Part shown: piece by piece, positions 1 through 6,398 of the stretch | Layout of the letters: every line of letters begins with the position of its first letter | Position numbering within the stretch: position 1 is the stretch's first letter | IMG/VR virus record: IMGVR_UViG_3300048904_000185 | Coordinates: 1 to 38,141 of that record | Source of the DNA: a virus | Length of the DNA stretch: 38,141 nt | Direction: 5' to 3' (one strand) | Translations under genes and position numbers: made by a program | Notes under the pieces: generated by a model | Seen by the model: the letters and a program-made list of their open reading frames with translations, nothing else | Told to the model about the DNA's origin: nothing | The model's database searches: none

Positions 1-127
1 TTTCTTACCATTGACAACGAACTCGCCATCAATCGACTCTCTCTTGCCTGCCTCCATCGCCCGCACCAGTATCTCTACGGCTTGTACGACAATGCTGCCC
101 TCTGCGTCATTCATAACTTAACCCCTT
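1..127. repeat. Terminal direct repeat copy 1 (identical to 38015-38141): circular closure / assembly overlap
   Basis: The same 127 nt (tttcttaccattgacaacgaactcgcc ... tcataacttaacccctt) is read at both window ends, offset 38,014 bp. Positions 1-114 duplicate the 5' part of the minus-strand junction ORF annotated at 37976-38128. Confidence 0.95.
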
Positions 128-238
128 CGCGCAACAGCACCAACGCAATACGCTCCGCTATCGTCAATCGTTTAATAGTCATACCCCTCATTGTAATACC
201 CCCTGTGATTTGTTGCATGAATTGAAATGTGAGTTGGT

Positions 239-445
239 TCATAAAATCCCGTTCTCCTCAAACTCCTCGGCCAATTCCGGGAATTTCTCCACAATCTCCG
301 TAAAGTAGTCCTGCCACTCCGCCATCTTTGCATATGACATCCGCTTTGGCTGCTCGATGCGTTGCCACTCGACGGCAATGTCACGTGCTTCGTCAGCTGT
401 GTGGACATCTGCCGGTCGCCTGCCGTAAAAAGTCAGTGTGGTCAT
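239..445 (-). CDS. hypothetical early protein (68 aa from the internal ATG; acidic C-terminus FPELAEEFEENGIL)
   Basis: ORF track 239-472. The ATG at 445 makes an ATGA stop/start overlap with upstream ORF 442-696, so the shorter start is preferred. The overlapping track ORF 172-408 is in another frame and is rejected. Confidence 0.5.
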   Translation of the reverse strand: MTTLTFYGRRPADVHTADEARDIAVEWQRIEQPKRMSYAKMAEWQDYFTEIVEKFPELAEEFEENGIL

Positions 446-696
446 CGTTCGCCCCCGTCCGCTCGTGGACACTCATACCATGAGTCTGTCTGCGCTGCGT
501 TCACAATCAACTCGCAGTGGCTATTCAGGTAAGTGACGATGGTGTCCCTATGCCAACTGTCAATACGTCCTGTAAGGACAATGACAGTGATATAGGCTGC
601 AAAGGCTGCCACGATAATGACGACGATGGTGTGCAGTAGCCATTTGACGGCTGAGCCTAGTTGGGTTTGTGATGCGTTTGTCATAGTAGACTTCAT
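442..696 (-). CDS. small membrane protein, first gene of the leftward arm
   Basis: 84-aa ORF with one clear hydrophobic helix (WLLHTIVVIIVAAFAAYITVIVL). A TATAAT (minus strand, 709-714) lies just upstream. An alternative ATG is at 684. Confidence 0.5.
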   Translation of the reverse strand: MKSTMTNASQTQLGSAVKWLLHTIVVIIVAAFAAYITVIVLTGRIDSWHRDTIVTYLNSHCELIVNAAQTDSWYECPRADGGER

Positions 697-825
697 TTCC
701 TGTGATTTATTATAGGTTGTTATTTACGAGTTATAGTTACTTTGTAGCTGATACCTATGTGGTTGATTTCGATTGGCATTATTATTGCCTTTCTGTGGTG
801 GCGGTTAATTCAGTCAGTCGCATGG

Positions 826-972
826 TGCTGGTAGTGAGCCGACAACCGGTATATGTCTTTTGCGCCTCTCTCTTACTACCAGCAGTAGCTACATCAGCAT
901 GGCTAGGCATGTGATTGGCTCGAAAGCCGCACGACGCCGCAGATTACTCTTTTGGCTGCCCTCTGATGTAGC
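826..972. ncRNA. candidate structured RNA: two adjacent perfect 10-bp stems
   Basis: tgctggtagt (826-835) pairs with actaccagca (875-884). gctacatcag (888-897) pairs with ctgatgtagc (963-972). An inner ggct-cgaa-agcc hairpin lies at 917-928. No convincing ORF covers the region. Strand and function are unknown. Confidence 0.2.
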
Positions 973-1130
973 CATGTGACTGACCGAATTGTTAAGTTTT
1001 TGCCTGTGAACTCTTGCGGGCGGTTGAGCTGGTTTGGTGCTTCGGTTGCCGGTTTTGTTCTGATCTCATTGTAGCGCGTTTGCGATGCTAATGCAATACT
1101 TTTGCGATGAGATTTTGGGGTTTGGGGTTT

Positions 1131-1350
1131 TGTAGACAAATGTAGACAGAAACAACAAACTAAATAACAGAGGTCGTAGACATGTAGACACTTAGTTTTC
1201 TATGTAATGTATTAAAGCTTGACAGCCATAAGCCATATATAGAGCTAGCGTACAGAGGTGGACGTATTACAGAGGCATCAATAATGTAATAACTTTTAAC
1301 CCCCAATAAGTGTCTACCATCTGGGAAAAGTGACTACAGAAGTGTCTACA
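1131..1350. promoter_or_regulatory. iteron-like repeat array (TGTAGACA family), probable protein-binding sites (origin or operator)
   Basis: TGTAGACA at 1131-1138, 1141-1148 and 1183-1190, and cGTAGACA at 1175-1182. Inverted copies TGTCTAC(c) at 1311-1317 and TGTCTACA at 1343-1350. An 11-bp perfect inverted pair: tgtagacactt 1183-1193 / aagtgtctaca 1340-1350. TACAGAGG at 1251-1258 and 1268-1275, plus aACAGAGG at 1166-1173. Confidence 0.55.
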
Positions 1351-1365
1351 AGTGTACTTTGTGAC

Positions 1366-1537
1366 ATTAATTACAACAGGCAAAGTCGATGTGTCATAAT
1401 ATGTGCATTTCATTTGCATCGTCACCCCTGTTATTTAACGTCGCACAATATACATTTTACGACCCATAATATATACCCTACCCCTGTTAGTGTGGGATTA
1501 ATTACAACGCCCCCCTAACCCTTTAGCTACCCCTGTT
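1366..1537. repeat. second short-repeat family (ATTAATTACAAC x2, CTACCCCTGTT x2 plus one variant, CATAATAT x2)
   Basis: attaattacaac at 1366-1377 and 1497-1508. ctacccctgtt at 1478-1488 and 1527-1537, with variant tcacccctgtt at 1422-1432. cataatat at 1395-1402 and 1464-1471. The track ORF 1330-1518 across this region has no ATG/RBS support. Confidence 0.5.
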
Positions 1538-1560
1538 GGCATGTAATTATTATTAACATC

Positions 1561-1645
1561 GGGGCGGGGGGGTGGGGTGCGTTCGTTCCGCTTTGCTGCG
1601 TTGGTTCCCCCACCAAAAATAAAATAAAAAAAATAAAACTTGACA
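1561..1645. other. G-run block / GC hairpin / 24-nt A-tract / TTGACA box
   Basis: ggggcgggggggtgggg at 1561-1577 gives four or more G-runs. GGTGGGG (1571-1577) is complementary to CCCCACC (1608-1614). An A/T-only run spans 1615-1638 and is followed by TTGACA at 1640-1645. No matching -10 box was found at 17+/-1 nt. Confidence 0.35.
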
Positions 1646-1788
1646 ATACACTAAAATATTTTCTAACCACCTATCCTTATATTTGTAACTTTATTTACAA
1701 CAGTTTACACTAGTCTTGTGTGCCATTTTTCACCCGTCCGCTATATACGCTATTGTCAATTAACCCGCTATGGTAAATAATCACGACC

Positions 1789-2013
1789 ATGATAATCACA
1801 GGCAGAAACATGGGTGTCATTACGGGCCCCTCTGGACAACAAATACCGATTACCAAACAGGCACTTGAAGATCCGCTTGGTAACCCAGAGGTGCACGATA
1901 TTATGTCGTTTATAGCTGATCTGAATGTCGTAGAGCAAAAGAAAAAACCGAGCCGCAAATACTCCGAAGAAGAGCGCGTGGCACGTGGCCTTTCGAGGGA
2001 GTTAGCTAAATGA
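1789..2013 (+). CDS. hypothetical protein, first gene of the rightward arm
   Basis: 74-aa ORF whose stop overlaps the next start (ATGA at 2010-2013), implying translational coupling. No SD. TTGTCA (1753-1758)-15 nt-TAAATA (1774-1779) would put a transcription start about 3 nt before the ATG (near-leaderless), which is speculative. Confidence 0.45.
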   Translation: MIITGRNMGVITGPSGQQIPITKQALEDPLGNPEVHDIMSFIADLNVVEQKKKPSRKYSEEERVARGLSRELAK

Positions 2014-3461
2014 ATGAACCCGAGCAGAAAGAGTTGTCGGCCGTTGCCAAAAGTAGCTCAGCGATTACCGAAGCACACCATGTCGTGCGGTTCAGGGGTC
2101 GGCCAATGATCTTAGTGGACAATGAGACATTCCCTCATTTTCGGCCACTCCATAAAGAGCAGTTTGACCGGATTGCGTACCCGGTGTTGGGTGGGGTTTC
2201 TCGGAGTAAGATGTCAGATGTGTTCGCATATTTGAGTAATACAGCGGTTGATTTTACGGCCAACGAACACCTGATTACCTTTGGGAGCATGGCAGTCGAT
2301 GAAGATTTGAATTACAAGAATGGGACACCGTTTGTGTGGGATGGAGTCAATCTTGGTATCTCGTATGATGAACCTACACGATCTGTTTGGCGGTCACCAT
2401 ATAGGCCAGTCATGCTTGAGAACGATGACAGCGGGGAGGTCGAGCCGGTGCAATTTATCATGGATTTGGCTGGTGGTGATAGGGGATTGTATGAGGATAT
2501 TATGCAGAGTATCGCGCCGATTATCATGGACCAAAAACCTGACGGGGTTATCTGGTGGGTCGGCGATGGGGCCAACGGTAAATCGACTCTCATGGACGCG
2601 CTGTATCGGATGTTTCCAGGGCAGTTCTCGAGCATTACAGTGAAGCGCCTCGTGGACGGTCGAGACACGCCAAGCCTGAATGGTACACTGGCGAACATAG
2701 TCAAGGAAAGTAGCGAGGGCAGAATTGATGATACAGAGATTTATAAGTCGATCGGGACGCATGAAAATTTCCGGGTTCACCGCTTCCATAGCCAGGATGA
2801 TATTGAGGTGCGTGGTAATGTGCATCATATATTCTCCGCAAACAGTATCCCGAGCTTCAACGACAAAGGCTTTTCGGCCCGCCGCCGCACGTTCATCATA
2901 CCGTTCAAACAGGTATTCACGTCGGACCCGACATTTGAAGACCGGACATTCACGCCCCAAGTTTTCGGCCATTTACTCACCGAAATGATGCGGTTCGCGA
3001 ACAAGTTAAAAGATCAGGGCTATAAATACAAGTGGAGTGCCGCGACGCTGGCCGCTAAAGCTGATTACGATATGGAGGCGAACAATGCCGAGGAATACGT
3101 CAAGGAGCTTATCTCAGAGGGCGTGGTGGCCTTCACGAGCTATAACCCAGTGCGTATGGATTATGAGAACTGGTGCGCTGACAACGGCTATGTGGCGCTC
3201 GGTATTGGCAATCTGAAAAAGGCGATGGGTGCTTGCGGGTTCGAGCGTGTGAGCTCACGTGACGACAATAACAAAGTCAGGAAGGTCTACAAGCTCATAA
3301 GCATTGACGGTAATACACCACTCACGAGTCTCAGTATAGGGCGTCCAGGCTTGTTCACCACACAGGGCTTTCAGCGTCCCGTGGTGCCGCAGCAATTTGA
3401 TTCACCGAAAGCCGATAAGGATAAACCAAAACCGCCGAAGTCGCGGATAAGGGAGTGGTAA
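2010..3461 (+). CDS. D5/P4-family primase-helicase C-terminal type protein (SF3 helicase NTPase)
   Basis: Walker A VIWWVGDGANGKSTLMDAL, Walker B-like LANIVKESSEG, motif C HIFSANSIPSF, then RRRTFIIPF. This is the classic phage/plasmid primase P4-family C-terminal (D5_N + SF3) pattern. No recognisable AEP or DnaG primase motif in the first ~170 aa. Confidence 0.85.
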   Translation: MNEPEQKELSAVAKSSSAITEAHHVVRFRGRPMILVDNETFPHFRPLHKEQFDRIAYPVLGGVSRSKMSDVFAYLSNTAVDFTANEHLITFGSMAVDEDLNYKNGTPFVWDGVNLGISYDEPTRSVWRSPYRPVMLENDDSGEVEPVQFIMDLAGGDRGLYEDIMQSIAPIIMDQKPDGVIWWVGDGANGKSTLMDALYRMFPGQFSSITVKRLVDGRDTPSLNGTLANIVKESSEGRIDDTEIYKSIGTHENFRVHRFHSQDDIEVRGNVHHIFSANSIPSFNDKGFSARRRTFIIPFKQVFTSDPTFEDRTFTPQVFGHLLTEMMRFANKLKDQGYKYKWSAATLAAKADYDMEANNAEEYVKELISEGVVAFTSYNPVRMDYENWCADNGYVALGIGNLKKAMGACGFERVSSRDDNNKVRKVYKLISIDGNTPLTSLSIGRPGLFTTQGFQRPVVPQQFDSPKADKDKPKPPKSRIREW

Positions 3462-3462
3462 T

Positions 3463-3747
3463 ATGAAGTTGTTTATAAAAATTGTGTTCAGATATTTACG
3501 CGCAAAAGTGCGTGGTGAGCGATTTTACATTGTCTTGCTAGAACCAGATCGTCAGTGGCTTATCGACGATGTGCGTGATATGTCTGGCGACTTGATCTGG
3601 GATGGCTTCTCGCAGTCGATGCGCGTGCTGATTAACGACGGAGTAATCCGCCAGCAGATGAGCGACGAGGAAATAGCGCAGATCAAACAACAGGAAGCCG
3701 ACATGAAAGTGCAGGCCATGAAAGAAGCGGCTGACGATGAACGGTAA
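3463..3747 (+). CDS. hypothetical protein
   Basis: 94-aa ORF that starts 2 nt after the upstream stop. It has a C-terminal charged helix. No motif recognised. Confidence 0.5.
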   Translation: MKLFIKIVFRYLRAKVRGERFYIVLLEPDRQWLIDDVRDMSGDLIWDGFSQSMRVLINDGVIRQQMSDEEIAQIKQQEADMKVQAMKEAADDER

Positions 3748-3883
3748 TACACGCCACCCAAACCCATGCCCGTACTGTAATCTTGTGTACTACAGTAAGG
3801 GCGCACTGACAAATCATATTAACCAGGAGCATTGGGATGTCAAAGACACAGACGCCGACGAACTGGAGGATACTGACAACTGA
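3737..3883 (+). CDS. 48-aa micro-ORF with a canonical C2H2 zinc-finger signature (not in the ORF track)
   Basis: Hand translation: MNGNTRHPNPCPYCNLVYYSKGALTNHINQEHWDVKDTDADELEDTDN. It fits C-x2-C-x3-Y-x5-L-x2-H-x4-H exactly. It fills the 3748-3836 gap. Weak SD. It overlaps 3837-4127 by 47 nt if that ORF uses its first ATG. Confidence 0.45.
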   Translation: MNGNTRHPNPCPYCNLVYYSKGALTNHINQEHWDVKDTDADELEDTDN

Positions 3884-4127
3884 CATGAAAACTTCGTACG
3901 GTTCACGACAATCTGCGTGCCTACGTAAACAGAAATACGAGACGCACGAGGAGGCTATGCGCGCCGGGGCACGGCATGGTAACACAGTTTATCGCTGTCT
4001 GTACTGTAGTCTCTACCACCTGACTTCTGGCAACCAAAAGAAGATCAACAAACGACAACGCAAACGCACCAAGACGCTTGACCCGATCACAAATTTTAAA
4101 CGATATGGAGCAATAAGCAATGACTAA
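3837..4127 (+). CDS. small basic Cys-rich protein (YRCxYCxxYHLTS motif)
   Basis: ORF track. AGGAG lies 7 nt upstream of ATG 3837. An alternative in-frame ATG at 3885 starts 1 nt after the C2H2 ORF stop. The ...KYETHEEAMRAGARHGNTVYRCLYCSLYHLTSG motif resembles a recurrent small phage protein family of unknown function. The C-terminus is Lys/Arg-rich. Confidence 0.6.
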   Translation: MSKTQTPTNWRILTTDMKTSYGSRQSACLRKQKYETHEEAMRAGARHGNTVYRCLYCSLYHLTSGNQKKINKRQRKRTKTLDPITNFKRYGAISND

Positions 4128-4929
4128 TAAAGCGCAACTCGGAGACTTCCTCAAAGAGGTCGCTAACTGGGATTGGCTACAGTTTTTAGAGGCTGAGAAA
4201 AGCCCCGCCTATTCGACGAGTGACTCGATTATCTTCTCGCTTATCCGTGCTTGCTCGATCGAAAAAATGGATGCGATTAAGATTGCGCTGAACCGTATCG
4301 ATGGTAAATTGAAGACACCCGTGCAAATTGAATATCCAAAATTGTTCTATATTTACCCGAACGCGACGAGCATTGAGGGCGGTGAATTTCCATTAGAATA
4401 TCCGCTACTTGAACAAAATAATGATTCAGAAGTTGAACAAAAAATGTATTCAGAAGTCGTCGAGGGTGAGGTAATTCCCCCTGAAGATTTTGAGTTCCAC
4501 GACGATGAAGATATGACAATGAATGACCTGCCAAGTCTCTCGCTTCGCCAGACACTCACAAAGATGTCTGAAGCTCCGCAGTATGTACCGAACGATATTA
4601 TTGAGGCGAGTGAGGCTGTCGAGCAGAACCGCCGTGGCCAGGCAGTCCCATTACCTGACCATATACCTGCCGTAAAATCGGTCATCGCGGCTCACCTGCT
4701 ACGCATGGCTCAACGCAAAAATATCGACGCCTTTTATGAGGTATTCGATCAGATCGATGGTAAGCTTGTCGAGACTATTCAATTACTTGGAGACGACATG
4801 CAGATTCCTATTTACTCGCTGGTTGCCCCGGCTGGGGCTTACAGAAATGCTGATGGTGTGCTACAACTTGAAGCAACACAAGCACAGGAAGTCTGGACAC
4901 GGAAATTAAAAGAATTGGGTAAACAGTAA
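4120..4929 (+). CDS. hypothetical protein with an internal duplication (two ...IDGKL... helices) and an acidic centre
   Basis: 269 aa. IIFSLIRACSIEKMDAIKIALNRIDGKLKTPVQI and VIAAHLLRMAQRKNIDAFYEVFDQIDGKLVETIQL are evident repeats. The style resembles DNA-binding/small-terminase-like helices, but it is unassigned. Confidence 0.55.
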   Translation: MTNKAQLGDFLKEVANWDWLQFLEAEKSPAYSTSDSIIFSLIRACSIEKMDAIKIALNRIDGKLKTPVQIEYPKLFYIYPNATSIEGGEFPLEYPLLEQNNDSEVEQKMYSEVVEGEVIPPEDFEFHDDEDMTMNDLPSLSLRQTLTKMSEAPQYVPNDIIEASEAVEQNRRGQAVPLPDHIPAVKSVIAAHLLRMAQRKNIDAFYEVFDQIDGKLVETIQLLGDDMQIPIYSLVAPAGAYRNADGVLQLEATQAQEVWTRKLKELGKQ

Positions 4930-5510
4930 TGCGGGTATTCGATGACATCTATAAGACAAATTTTTGGGCTAGTGACGAGTCAGTTTCGGGTAAGGGTTCA
5001 GAGCTTTCGGCAACTGAAAAAATCCGTGATGAGTTACCTGGACTATTTGAACAATATTCAATCCGATCTTTTATTGATATCCCTTGCGGTGATTTCAACT
5101 GGATGGGTACTCTTCTGCCTCGTCTTCCTGGCATTGGGTATATAGGTGCCGACGTTGTATCGCATCTTATAGTTGATAACCAGTGGCGATATCCTGATCT
5201 TGATTTTCGCGTCCTCGATATTTCAAAAGATAAATTACCAAGGGTCGATCTGATTTTCGTTCGTGATTTACTTGGCCACTTCTCAAACGTTGATGTGAAA
5301 CATGCACTGAAAAATATCCGTGCATCGGGTGCTACGTATCTGTTAGCAACAACATTTCCTGGCCACGAAAACTTACACGATATCACAACCGGCCAATGGC
5401 GGCCAATCAATCTCGCATCATTCTTCGGTTTACCAGACCCTATAGAAACAATCAATGAAGGGCTGACCGGTGAGTTTGGTGATAAATCATTAGGGTTATG
5501 GAGGTTATAG
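4929..5510 (+). CDS. class I SAM-dependent methyltransferase (substrate unknown)
   Basis: The SFIDIPCGDFNWM motif-I-like stretch, followed by IGADV, DLIFVRDLLGHF and ATYLLATTF, matches the Rossmann MTase strand order. No DPPY/NPPY or PC/ENV DNA-MTase motifs. Confidence 0.6.
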   Translation: MRVFDDIYKTNFWASDESVSGKGSELSATEKIRDELPGLFEQYSIRSFIDIPCGDFNWMGTLLPRLPGIGYIGADVVSHLIVDNQWRYPDLDFRVLDISKDKLPRVDLIFVRDLLGHFSNVDVKHALKNIRASGATYLLATTFPGHENLHDITTGQWRPINLASFFGLPDPIETINEGLTGEFGDKSLGLWRL

Positions 5511-5512
5511 CA

Positions 5513-5779
5513 ATGGGTGTGGGGCACGACAACGTATCTTTTATGGACCAATATCGCAAACCAGAATCACTTTCACGTGAACAGCGACAACACTTTCTCG
5601 GTGTCGCAGCAGTTGCCGAGGTCCGCGCAGCAGAGTTTTATGAAATGTATGAAGAGCAACAGCGGACACGCGAAAGTGCTCTACGTATGGCTGGCTTGCT
5701 ACCACCAGAGCGTAGTATTGGTGACGATGTACCGACACGGGTTAAGCATCAGCCTGATGACAACGAGGGCCTATGGTAG
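5513..5779 (+). CDS. hypothetical protein
   Basis: Track ORF 5498-5779. The ATG at 5513 follows GGAGG (5499-5503) at 9 nt and avoids overlap with the MTase stop, so it is preferred. Confidence 0.5.
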   Translation: MGVGHDNVSFMDQYRKPESLSREQRQHFLGVAAVAEVRAAEFYEMYEEQQRTRESALRMAGLLPPERSIGDDVPTRVKHQPDDNEGLW

Positions 5780-6075
5780 TCGGACCAGAACGGCGGCTTG
5801 AGAGTAACGCAGTTATCTGGCTCAAGAGTATGGGTGCGTGGGTATTCAAACTTGGCGCAGTGCCAGGTGTACCCACAGGCGCACCCGACCGTGGTTTTTT
5901 CTATAAGGACAAATGGGGCGTCATTGAATTTAAACGCAGTGCTACTGCACCATTTCAACCTGGACAAAAACCAACGCTCGAACATTTACGCGAAGGTAAT
6001 CGGTTTGTGTATGTTGCGTACCCCGAGAACTGGCCGGATATCAAACAAGACTTGCTTGATAACTTCTTTGTCTAA
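5773..6075 (+). CDS. VRR-NUC domain nuclease
   Basis: 100 aa. ...GAPDRGFFYKDKWGVIEFKRSATAPFQPGQK... gives the PD...(E)xK...Q core typical of VRR-NUC. Start/stop overlap (ATGGTAG) with the upstream gene. Confidence 0.75.
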   Translation: MVVGPERRLESNAVIWLKSMGAWVFKLGAVPGVPTGAPDRGFFYKDKWGVIEFKRSATAPFQPGQKPTLEHLREGNRFVYVAYPENWPDIKQDLLDNFFV

Positions 6076-6113
6076 ACTATTTCATATTGATTATGGTCGG
6101 TGTATACTGACGA

Positions 6114-6119
6114 TATAAT
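6114..6119 (+). promoter_or_regulatory. perfect TATAAT box 20 nt upstream of the virion-gene block
   Basis: cgaTATAATatt lies in the 63-nt gap 6076-6138. No good -35 (TTGATT is 21 nt away). One of four intergenic perfect TATAAT boxes on this strand. Confidence 0.35.
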
Positions 6120-6138
6120 ATTATAAGGGGCTACTATA

Positions 6139-6396
6139 ATGGCAGACAACGGAAACTTCATCGCAAAAGCAACCGCAGGTGCTCACGGCCAGTTCGCAGC
6201 AAAAGCGAAGAAGGCTGGTATGTCAACAGCGGCATACGCAAGTAAAATGAAAAAAGGTAACAGTGTTACGGCGAAGCAGGCACGTCTCGCAACAACCCTC
6301 ATGAAACTAAACAAAGGTAAAAAAGCGAAAGCCCCAGCTATGGATGCCGAAGATAAAATCGACGGCGGTGCTGACGAGGCGACGGAGAAAAGTTAA
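6139..6396 (+). CDS. small basic Ala/Lys-rich protein
   Basis: 85 aa, with RBS AAGGGG 8 nt upstream. Sequence includes AKAKKAGMSTAAYASKMKKG...AKQARLATTLMKLNKGKKAK. Possibly a DNA-binding or internal head protein. Confidence 0.55.
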   Translation: MADNGNFIAKATAGAHGQFAAKAKKAGMSTAAYASKMKKGNSVTAKQARLATTLMKLNKGKKAKAPAMDAEDKIDGGADEATEKS

Positions 6397-6398
6397 TC

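Noticed and set aside
172-408. 78-aa minus-strand ORF overlapping 239-472
   Set aside because: It is in an alternative frame to an ORF that is coupled by ATGA to its upstream neighbour. It is Ser/Arg/Trp-rich with no RBS.
1113-1130. Telomere-like TTTTGGGGTTTGGGGTTT
   Set aside because: There are only two G4 runs, too few for an intramolecular quadruplex and far too few for a telomeric array. It is probably incidental, or part of the adjacent iteron context.
903-1139. 78-aa minus-strand ORF in the non-coding hub (also 702-914 and 1330-1518 on the plus strand, and 1710-1958 on the minus strand)
   Set aside because: They start at TTG or GTG (the 903-1139 start lies inside a TGTAGACA iteron) with no SD and run across the repeat arrays. 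The 1710-1958 ORF is antisense to the translationally coupled 1789-2013 gene. I treat the region as non-coding, though a small real gene cannot be fully excluded.
1131-1537. CRISPR-like array
   Set aside because: The repeats are only 8-12 bp, belong to several families, occur in both orientations and have irregular spacing (8-146 bp). No cas genes are present. They fit iterons or operators, not CRISPR.
2312-2972. Track ORFs 2312-2704(-), 2320-2643(+), 2394-2972(-) and 2725-2988(+) inside the D5 helicase gene
   Set aside because: They are antisense or off-frame to a 483-aa ORF with clear SF3 helicase motifs. They have no RBS, and their composition (Arg/Ser/Cys-rich) is typical of shadow ORFs.
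4949-5551. 200-aa minus-strand ORF covering the methyltransferase gene
   Set aside because: It is a shadow of a gene with recognisable MTase motifs. It lies in a purely plus-strand operon, has no start context and has a Ser/Arg-rich composition.
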